From the NCBI GenBank assembly GCA_040954595.2, contig CM082592.2:4294735-4358734 (forward strand): DNA of 64,000 bases, read 5' to 3'. Source of the DNA: Balanoglossus misakiensis. Lineage: Eukaryota > Animalia > Hemichordata. The notes beneath the pieces are model-generated. The model was given only the letters and a program-made list of their open reading frames with translations, had not been told where the DNA came from and did no database searches. The stretch's first letter is position 1; each line of letters opens with the position of its first letter. The translations under genes were made by a program, and so were the position numbers. This document shows, piece after piece, positions 52,979 through 64,000 of this stretch.

Positions 52979-55900
52979 TGATTCAATAAAAGTAATCTAT
53001 TATTTTGATGTAGCGGAAACCTTTTATTTATTACTTTCCATGTTGTGGTGTCTATGATAATAATATCGAAAAATCAGGGTCCATTCTTTATAAATCCATA
53101 AATACAAAGGATAATATGCACCGAAATGTATTTTAACCACACTTTCAAAAAGTTTCCGAATTCCTTTTACGCAAAGATCACTGCTTTCGTTATGAGCGCG
53201 TGTAATGAAATGGAAGTAATATGCTTGAAGAAGACCTACAGAAAAAAAGTCTTATATGAATCAATTCTATATTTTGAGGAAGTATATATTTCAGAAATAT
53301 TTATATGTCGAAAGCTGGGATAAGTCAGAACACATTTGGGGGGGGGGGGGTATATGGAGAAAAGAATAACCACTCCCGTCGTTCTTGATTTGCATTTTAA
53401 TAATTTTTGCATTTCAATACTTTATTCAAATATGTGAAAACCCTGACGTTTTTTTCTCACTGTTGTTAAAGTTTAGGACATAGAAATGTAAATAGTTTGT
53501 ATCTGAATGTGTTCATCGGTTCGTATTGGGTCGAATAAATCATCGATTCGAGAGAAGACTGTGTCATCCTTGTACTTCTTCGCAACAGTATATTGGGTGT
53601 TTTTTTCGTTTCTACTCCCCTCCCAGCGGTAGCACCAGCCGAGGAAGATACTGCCAAATATCACAAATGTTTCGACTTCACGACAATTGGAAACTTCCAC
53701 GGCGATTGTGAGATGCTACAATTCGCTCAATGGGCTGGCTTGCTTGATTTGATCATTTCTAATGCGATTTGACCCACTAACGATCTCAAACTCACGTAAA
53801 CAGCTAGTGACATCCTCGGAATTCGTCATCTGACAATTTTTTACCGAAATCAATTATGGAATTGATAGACGACGAATTTTCGCAATTTAGAAATTATACG
53901 GACGCGGGAAATAGACGATATCGGGCACAAATGTCATATGTTGTCGCTTGGCATGTTATAATCATTCCGGCAAAAAAAACTATTTTCAACGTGTAGGGCA
54001 AACGTCCCTCCGCCATCGTCCCTGCTCGGTTGCTGGCACTGATGGTTACCTTCAAGTTTTCATTTGCTGTATTTCGACACATCCGTCCAGTACAACTGAA
54101 ATAACTTTGAACCCTTTTGTAAATGCACTGAAGTTTTCGTAGAAATATTGTTTCTGCAAATTTCGGTTCCGTTTCCTTAAAGAAACAGTGAACGAAAGTA
54201 ATTATTGTACAACATTCCCTCATCTTCTGACAGATCTAGAAAATGAAAAAATGCCGCCATTTTTTTCGAATCGGCTGCTGTTCGTTCTACAACAAGAACT
54301 AGACATAACCTAATGATGTCAACCTTCAGAAATTTCCTTTTTATCGAAGTTTTAGATTTTGTTCTTGTGTTAAATAAATAAATTAAAAGAAAACAAGGGG
54401 TGCTCCTTGCTTTCGAAAAGAAAAAGCCCCACGACCCCAAAAAGATACAATGGACTTTGGAATGACCGATCGCGACTGGAAGCGTCTCGACATCATTGTC
54501 CGTGATCATTCAGGTTGTACTAAAACTCTAATCTTCTTCAAGGCGGACTGTCTAAGCTAAAGGAATTTTTACCACCACGCAGAGGATTAAAAACCAAGAC
54601 CCATTTAATTGTTAAATATCCAAATTTAAATATTCTTAGAACGCGAGACTAATCTTTTTAGGGGTATTTTGCGACCAAAATGCAGTTAAGAATCTCCATT
54701 TAAAAAGAGTAGCGGATCGTGATGGTAAAATGGATTTGGCACGATTTTGACAAACAGTTTCGATGCTGGTTTATTTGGGGCAATAATATCACAGGGAATC
54801 GATTGTGATTTACTGATAGAAATTGAAATATAGAAATTCGAATCAATGCTTATAATTTGTAACTTGCGGTGCAGTTGCGATTTTATGAACCAACCAAGTA
54901 TCGGATAGCTTGGTCTAACTGCATCCTACATCATTTAAAACATGGCCGACAAAATGTCGCTATCTCCCATATTCTGTGCATGTTCTGTCCGTTTATTAGA
55001 TTTCTTTATCAAGCGATTCGGAGAAATTCGGCGTTCAATAATCAAATAAAACATGACCACAATTGGAGCCACGACCATGTCTTCCCTCAAGCGTCAGCGC
55101 CGAATGTGTCCTTACAGTTTGCCGTTCCAATAAAAGTTTCAGCCGCGCACTACAAGAGTTTCCCGCCAAACAAATAATGCAGCCATCATGGAAATTTTGA
55201 TAAACGACGAAATCCTCTTTCGTATTTCAAGCACGGAAGACTACTAGAAACCACGCCTCGTTGTAAAAATGGCCGCCGGGTCACTTTTTTGGAGAGAAGT
55301 TGTCGTGTCAACAAGAATGAAATAGTCTAGCCACCATTCACTTTCAGATGGCGTTTTTCCAAAATGACATACATTTTCTAAATGCTTGGCTACGTGTATT
55401 CCGTCAAAGTTTAATGACAAAAACAAATATGACAGACAACTGTCACTTTTTCGACGTATTTGACATAAGTACTTACATCAAACGTGATTTTTTCGATGTA
55501 GTTATATCAAACGTGGAGATATAATCTAGGTGTTGAGTCTTTTAAAGTGTCTAGATCTGGGCGTGAAAGGAATACATTTCGCGTGATTTCTCATTTTTGT
55601 GTGAGTCATACGTCTCGAAATGGAAGAGGATCAAACAGAACAAACAAACAAAGTCAAAATAGAGGAAGATAAAAGGGAAGGCGAATCACAAATACTCTTA
55701 AGTCCATGATAGTCATACACGTGTAGTCAAAGAGATTGAACAGTTGCAGAAAAATAGGCGGGAAAAAGTCAACGGCAAATGTAGTCGAATTCATATCCAA
55801 AAATAACTGAAACTGTGACGTGGATTCTTTTTTAACGAAATCGGTTCTACGAATTGTAAACTCAATAATCCTAATCCCCGGCACACTGCCCGGATTGAAA

Positions 55901-58089
55901 TGTCTGACAAAAAAATGATGTGACATTTAATGTTGAGCCAGACGATGTCCCATGATTCTTTGCTGGCAGACTTGCTGACACTATTCTCTAAAAGGTCGCG
56001 CGTCTCGTCGGTTTTCGACGCACTATTTGGTCTAAAAATATCGCGGTGGACTCCCACAGTCGGAAAGCCGTCAGTTGCCGTGGGCACAACCGTTGAATTT
56101 TTACCCGAAATGTTTGAATGCGCAGTGATATGGGTATAGAAAGTGCCGAGGAACGCTTAATGGCGGTTGAATAATTGAACGGGCAAATATGAACAAGGGC
56201 GACGGCGAAATTCTCACTGCTTTGACCAAATATTGATAGTTTGGTTATCGAATAAATGATCTCTCATTTTTGCCATCAGAGGGCGTAACGGCGTCTGGTG
56301 TGCACATCCAAATGTGATGAGAGATCGAGATGAGAGACTCCCTTGGATGTGGTACCTAGATGTGTCAGTTTAGCATAATATATGATTTGGTTTAACCCTA
56401 GGACGAGTCGAGTTTTGAATGGGAAACAATTAAAAAGGAATTTATATGTAAACTTTGCCTGCATCTGAACCGATTTGATGACAATAATTACAGCCCAATA
56501 CAAATACAACGCATTTAAATTGAATTTGAATATACCATACGTCACCAATATTTACGACAATGTACAACATCTGACAGTACTTCCTCAGACAATTATTATA
56601 GTCTGCCCAATTTTTGCACTCCCCCTTTCTTAAAAATTAAAAAAATGCCAAAAATCGAAATAATGGAGGTACCAGACGACCTTGTCGCGTAGGTGAAAAA
56701 AATAATGGCCCGGCAAGGCCTGCAGCAAAGTGTGAAAAGCACATATTTGTTTTGTCCATATATGGACAGAGAAAGGGTCCGATGTTTCCATTTACCATGA
56801 TCCAATGACCTGCTTCTAGAGCGCCTCTCTCATTCAAGTGAAAACGCAGGCCTCCTCACAAATCGATTTCCGTTATTTGAAATCAAACTAATTGTGCGTG
56901 TGAGTGCGTGTTCTCAGGTTTTTCAGGCCAGGTATTTTAGAGCCACGACGGTGTATATTTTTGTGGGTGTGAATTTATAACAAACAATTAAACACGAAAA
57001 TTCGTTGTCACGTCACGTGCACGCTGTCATATATATCTCATTAGAAGATAATTGTTTGAGATGATCACGTGATTTTGTTTTAATTCACTGTCTGCCGACT
57101 GCCCTACGCCAGCAGGAGAGAAAGCACCGAAAAATGTCGTTGAAACGTGTTCATTTGAAAAAAAGAATGAAATATAATACAGCTTCCCTGGCCTGGCCTC
57201 AATGTCCATTACATCAAATCAGAGTCGACCAATTAACCCGATAGCTGTGAGCGAAGATCAATACGAATTCGCGGTTGATAGGAACAGACTTGATTCTGCT
57301 CTATTTGCGCGCGACCTTGGATTCACATTTTGTCGTTCAGTCTTATTACTTTGGACAGCCCTGCTTTAATGGCGTTGACGGTGTGCTACATCGAATCCCA
57401 CGCTATAAATAGCACTGTACGATCCAATGTCGCGCTCAAAAAACGCGGACATCTATCAGACATGTTTGGTAATGACGTGCATTTAATTTGGTGATCTGGG
57501 TGTTCTTCCCAGGACCATGGCAATAGTGCCCACTTTGAGTCCGAGGAATCATGCAAACGTATGCGACACGTGAACAACACTGATCAATGTATGCGTTCGT
57601 CAATTGTTCCAGAATTACCACACCAAATCATTTCTCTTTCCCGGCCAACTTTACCGTCAACACATTACTAGTCCATTGTCTGGACAAACACACAAATTAT
57701 TACTGCAGTCCAATTCGCCTCCACTGAGTCAAAATCACAGGCCAGGTAAACACAAACTGTTTTGATCGGAAGAATTTCGGTGTTGCGATATCTTTCCAGT
57801 TGTCCACCAATTAGACGATCATCTCATTCCAACAATGCGATAACAGTGCAGGCAAGGCAGAAGATTACTCGGTTAACATGGGCGACGTCGAAAGATCGAT
57901 GTACGCAAAAAAACTTAATTGCTTAAGTTTGGGAGTGGGGGGTATTTGGCCAAATTAATTTCTGTGCAGTCAAAAACGATTTAAGGTCTTTTTGGCAAAA
58001 CTAGATCTTCAAAACAACTTTTTATGCCATGTACGCTAATATCGATCGGCCATCCGGGTCAGCGTACGAGATCGGAAATATGCGCTACA

Positions 58090-61000
58090 AAAACATTGTC
58101 ATTTTTTGATGATTTTCATGGGCTATAACCCATGATTTTTTTCAAAAAATTAAGAAATTTTGAAAATTCGAAAAGTCGAAAAATTGCCATGTTTTGATGA
58201 TTTTCATGGGCAAAATTCGCAAAGTCGAAAAATTGTCATTTTTTGATGATTTTCATGGGCTATAAACCATGATTTTTTTCAAAAAATCAAGAAATTTTGA
58301 TATTTCGGAAAGTCGAAAAATTGTCATTTTTGGATGATTTTCATGAGCTATAACCCATGATTTTTTTCAAAAAATCAAGAAATTTTGATATTTCGGAAAG
58401 TCGAAAAATTGTCATTTTTGGATGATTTTCATGAGCTATAACCCATGATTTTTTTAAAAAATGAAGAAAATTTTAAAATTCGCAAAGTCGAAAAATTGTC
58501 ATTTTTTGATGATTTTCATGGGCTATAACCCATGATTTTTTTCAAAAAATCAAGAAATTTTGAAAATTCGCAAAGTCGAAAAATTGTCATTTTTTGATGA
58601 TTTTCATGGGCTATAACCCATGATTTTTGTCAAAAAATGAAGAAATTTTGATATTTCGGAAAGTCGAAAAATTGTCATTTTTGGATGATTTTCATGAGCT
58701 ATAACCCATGATTTTTTTAAAAAATGAAGAAAATTTTAAAATTCGCAAAGTCGAAAAATTGTCATTTTTTGATGATTTTCATGGGCTATAACCCATGATT
58801 TTTTTCAAAAAATCAAGAAATTTTGAAAATTCGCAAAGTCGAAAAATTGTCATTTTTGGATGATTTTCATGAGCTATAACCCATGATTTTTGTCAAAATA
58901 TCAAGAAATTTTGAAAATTCGCAAAGTCGAAAAATTGTCATTTTTGGATGATTTTCATGGGCTATAACCCATGATTTTTTTCAAAAAATGAAGAAATTTT
59001 GATATTTCGGAAAGTCGAAAAATTGTCATTTTTGGATGATTTTCATGAGCTATAACCCATGATTTATTTAAAAAATCAAGAAATTTTGATATTTCGGAAA
59101 GTCGAAAAATTGTCATTTTTGGATGATTTTCATGAGCTATAACCCATGATTTTTTTAAAAATTGAAGAAAATTTTAAAATTCGCAAAGTCGAAAAATTGT
59201 CATTTTTTGATGATTTTCATGGGCTATAACCCATGATTTTTTTCAAAAAATCAAGAAATTTTGAAAATTCGAAAAGTCGAAAAATTGTCATTTTTTGATG
59301 ATTTTCATGGGCTATAACCCATGATTTTTTTTCAAAAAATCAAGAAATTTTGAAAATTCGCAAAGTCGAAAAATTGTCATTTTTTGATGATTTTCATGGG
59401 CTATAACCCATGATTTTTGTCAAAAAATGAAGAAATTTTGATATTTCGGAAAGTCGAAAAATTGTCATTTTTGGATGATTTTCATGGGCTATAACCCATG
59501 ATTTTTTTCAAAAAATGAAGAAATTTTGATATTTCGGAAAGTCGAAAAATTGTCAATTTTGGATGATTTTCATGAGCTATAACCCATAATTTTTGTCAAA
59601 AAATGAAGAAATTTTGATATTTCGGAAAGTCGAAAAAATTGTCATTTTTTGATGATTTTCATGAGCTATAACCCATGATTTTTGTCAAAAAATCAAGAAA
59701 TTTTGATATTTCGGAAAGTCGAAAAATTGTCATTTTTGGATGATTTTCATGAGCTATAACCCATAATTTTTGTCAAAAAATCAAGAAATTTTGATATTTC
59801 GGAAAGTCGAAAAACTTTCATTTTTTGATGATTTTCATGGGCTTATTATAACCCTTGATTTTATTCAAAAAATCAAGAAATTTTGATATTTCGGAAAGTC
59901 GAAAAAATTGTCATTTTTTGATGATTTTCATGAGCTATAACCCATGATTTTTGTCAAAAAATCAAGAAATTTTGATATTTCGGAAAGTCGAAAAATTGTC
60001 ATTTTTGGATGATTTTCATGAGCTATAACCCATGATTTTTTTTAAAAATGAAGAAAATTTTAAAATTCGCAAAGTCGAAAAATTGTCATTTTTTGATGAT
60101 TTTCATGGGCTATAACCCATGATTTTTTTCAAAAAATCAAGAAATTTTGAAAATTCGCAAAGTCGAAAAATTGTCATTTTTTGATGATTTTCATGGGCTA
60201 TAACCCATGATTTTTGTCAAAAAATGAAGAAATTTTGATATTTCGGAAAGTCGAAAAATTGTCATTTTTGGATGATTTTCATGAGCTATAACCCATGATT
60301 TTTGTCAAAATATCAAGAAATTTTGAAAATTCGCAAAGTCGAAAAATTGTCATTTTTGGATGATTTTCATGGGCTATAACCCATGATTTTTTTCAAAAAA
60401 TGAAGAAATTTTGATATTTCGGAAAGTCGAAAAATTGTCATTTTTGGATGATTTTCATGAGCTATAACCCATGATTTTTTTCAAAATATCAAGAAATTTT
60501 GAAAATTCGCAAAGTCGAAAAATTGTCATTTTTTGATGATTTTCATGGGCTATAACCCATGATTTATTTAAAAAATCAAGAAATTTTGATATTTCGGAAA
60601 GTCGAAAAATTGTCATTTTTGGATGATTTTCATGAGCTATAACCCATGATTTTTTTAAAAAATGAAGAAAATTTTAAAATTCGCAAAGTCGAAAAATTGT
60701 CATTTTTTGATGATTTTCATGGGCTATAACCCATGATTTTTTTCAAAAAATCAAGAAATTTTGAAAATTCGAAAAGTCGAAAAATTGTCATTTTTTGATG
60801 ATTTTCATGGGCTATAACCCATGATTTTTTTCAAAAAATCAAGAAATTTTGAAAATTCGCAAAGTCGAAAAATTGTCATTTTTTGATGATTTTCATGGGC
60901 TATAACCCATGATTTTTGTCAAAAAATGAAGAAATTTTGATATTTCGGAAAGTCGAAAAATTGTCATTTTTGGATGATTTTCATGGGCTATAACCCATGA

Positions 61001-64000
61001 TTTTTTTCAAAAAATGAAGAAATTTTGATATTTCGGAAAGTCGAAAAATTGTCAATTTTGGATGATTTTCATGAGCTATAACCCATAATTTTTGTCAAAA
61101 AATGAAGAAATTTTGATATTTCGGAAAGTCGAAAAAATTGTCATTTTTTGATGATTTTCATGAGCTATAACCCATGATTTTTGTCAAAAAATCAAGAAAT
61201 TTTGATATTTCGGAAAGTCGAAAAATTGTCATTTTTGGATGATTTTCATGAGCTATAACCCATAATTTTTGTCAAAAAATCAAGAAATTTTGATATTTCG
61301 GAAAGTCGAAAAACTTTCATTTTTTGATGATTTTCATGGGCTTATTATAACCCTTGATTTTATTCAAAAAATCAAGAAATTTTGATATTTCGGAGAGTCG
61401 AAAAAATTGTCATTTTTTGATGATTTTCATGAGCTATAACCCATGATTTTTGTCAAAAAATCAAGAAATTTTGATATTTCGGAAAGTCGAAAAATTGTCA
61501 TTTTTGGATGATTTTCATGAGCTATAACCCATGATTTTTTTTAAAAATGAAGAAAATTTTAAAATTCGCAAAGTCGAAAAATTGTCATTTTTTGATGATT
61601 TTCATGGGCTATAACCCATGATTTTTTTCAAAAAATCAAGAAATTTTGAAAATTCGCAAAGTCGAAAAATTGTCATTTTTTGATGATTTTCATGGGCTAT
61701 AACCCATGATTTTTGTCAAAAAATGAAGAAATTTTGATATTTCGGAAAGTCGAAAAATTGTCATTTTTGGATGATTTTCATGAGCTATAACCCATGATTT
61801 TTGTCAAAATATCAAGAAATTTTGAAAATTCGCAAAGTCGAAAAATTGTCATTTTTGGATGATTTTCATGGGCTATAACCCATGATTTTTTTCAAAAAAT
61901 GAAGAAATTTTGATATTTCGGAAAGTCGAAAAATTGTCATTTTTGGATGATTTTCATGAGCTATAACCCATGATTTTTTTCAAAATATCAAGAAATTTTG
62001 AAAATTCGCTAAGTCGAAAAATTGTCATTTTTTGATGATTTTCATGGGCTATAACCCATGATTTATTTAAAAAATCAAGAAATTTTGATATTTCGGAAAG
62101 TCGAAAAATTGTCATTTTTGGATGATTTTCATGAGCTATAACCCATGATTTTTTTAAAAAATGAAGAAAATTTTAAAATTCGCAAAGTCGAAAAATTGTC
62201 ATTTTTTGATTTTTTTCATGGGCTATAACCCATGATTTTTTTCAAAAAATCAAGAAATTTTGAAAATTCGAAAAGTCGAAAAATTGTCATTTTTTGATGA
62301 TTTTCATGGGCTATAACCCATGATTTTTTTCAAAAAATCAAGAAATTTTGAAAATTCGCAAAGTCGAAAAATTGTCATTTTTTGATGATTTTCATGGGCT
62401 ATAACCCATGATTTTTGTCAAAAAATGAAGAAATTTTGATATTTCGGAAAGTCGAAAAATTGTCATTTTTGGATGATTTTCATGAGCTATAACCCATGAT
62501 TTTTGTCAAAATATCAAGAAATTTTGAAAATTCGCAAAGTCGAAAAATTGTCATTTTTGGATGATTTTCATGGGCTATAACCCATGATTTTTTTCAAAAA
62601 ATGAAGAAATTTTGATATTTCGGAAAGTCGAAAAATTGTCAATTTTGGATGATTTTCATGAGCTATAACCCATAATTTTTGTCAAAAAATGAAGAAATTT
62701 TGATATTTCGGAAAGTCGAAAAAATTGTCATTTTTTGATGATTTTCATGAGCTATAACCCATGATTTTTGTCAAAAAATCAAGAAATTTTGATATTTCGG
62801 AAAGTCGAAAAATTGTCATTTTTGGATGATTTTCATGAGCTATAACCCATAATTTTTGTCAAAAAATCAAGAAATTTTGATATTTCGGAAAGTCGAAAAA
62901 CTTTCATTTTTTGATGATTTTCATGGGCTTATTATAACCCTTGATTTTATTCAAAAAATCAAGAAATTTTGATATTTCGGAAAGTCGAAAAAATTGTCAT
63001 TTTTTGATGATTTTCATGAGCTATAACCCATGATTTTTGTCAAAAAATCAAGAAATTTTGATATTTCGGAAAGTCGAAAAATTGTCATTTTTGGATGATT
63101 TTCATGAGCTATAACCCATAATTTTTGTCAAAAAATCAAGAAATTTTGATATTTTGGAAAGTCGAAAAACTTCCATTTTTTGATGATTTTCATGGGCTAT
63201 AACCCTTGATTTTATTCAAAAAATCAAGAAATTTTGATATTTCGATAAGTCGAAAAATTGTCATTTTTGGATGATTTTCATGAGCTATAACCCATGATTT
63301 TTGTCAAAAAATGAAGAAATTTTGATATTTCGGAAAGTCGAAAAATTGTCATTTTTGGATGATTTTCATGAGCTATAACCCATGATTTTTGTCAAAAAAT
63401 CAAGAAATTTTGATATTTCGGAAAGTCGAAAAATTATCATTTTTTGATGATTTTCATGGGCTATAACCCATGATTTTTTTAAAAAATGAAGAAAAATTTA
63501 AAAATTCGCAAAGTCGAAAAATTGTCATTTTGGATTATTTTCATGAGCAATAACCCATGATTTTTTTCAAAAAATCAAGAAATTTTTATATTTCGGAAAG
63601 TCGAAAAATTGTCATTTTGGATTATTTTCATGAGCTATAACCCATGATTTTTGTCAAAAAATGAAGAAAATTTAAAAATTCGCAAAGTCGAAAAATTGTC
63701 ATTTTTTGATGATTTTCATGGGCTATAACCCATGATTTTTTTCAAAAAATGAAGAAATTTTGATATTTCGGAAAGTCGAAAAATTGTCAATTTTGGATGA
63801 TTTTCATGAGCTATAACCCGTAATTTTTGTCAAAAAATGAAGAAATTTTGATATTTCGGAAAGTCGAAAAAATTGTCATTTTTTGATGATTTTCATGAGC
63901 TATAACCCATAATTTTTGTCAAAAAATCAAGAAATTTTGATATTTCGGAAAGTCGAAAAACTTTCATGTTTTGATGATTTTCATGGGCTATAACCCTTGA
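58090..64000. repeat. 88-bp AT-rich tandem satellite, about 67 monomers, running off the window end
   Basis: Monomer TTGTCATTTTTTGATGATTTTCATGGGCTATAACCCATGATTTTTTTCAAAAAATCAAGAAATTTTGAAAATTCGCAAAGTCGAAAAA. Successive starts at 58321, 58409, 58496 and 58584. Confidence 0.98.

Noticed and set aside
56892-56912. TTGTGCGTGTGA resembling miR-210
   Set aside because: Only about 12 nt match and there is no convincing hairpin.
25000-58000. Many 60-135 aa ORFs in the intergenic region
   Set aside because: No recognisable domains and no consistent exon chain; the numbers look compatible with chance.
58300-58320. CENP-B box in the satellite (TTCG...CG)
   Set aside because: Does not fit TTCGnnnnAnnCGGG.
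58090-64000. CRISPR-like regular repeats with a palindromic core
   Set aside because: No unique spacers, no cas genes and a eukaryotic context; it is a tandem satellite.

Overview
This window is eukaryotic (invertebrate bilaterian) genomic DNA, not prokaryotic. Position 220-24815 (+) holds 29 coding exons of a TRAPPC11 orthologue whose 5' end lies before the window; it includes one U12-type minor intron and one GC-AG intron. Its 11.6-kb intron (10717-22297) contains two tandem, antisense TRIM-NHL genes with intronless coding sequence (RING, B-box1, B-box2, coiled coil, filamin, 6 NHL repeats). The two proteins are nearly identical except for clustered radical changes in NHL loops predicted to lie on the ligand-binding face. 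From about 26 to 58 kb the sequence is CpG-rich and has no credible protein-coding gene, but it carries a miR-278 hairpin (41562-41644) with Microprocessor motifs, candidate non-coding exons, nuclear-receptor-type sites, MITEs and small palindromic insertions. From about 58090 to the end is an 88-bp AT-rich satellite with internal dyads and a 13-18-monomer higher-order repeat. All coordinates and counts were read by hand; no searches were run.
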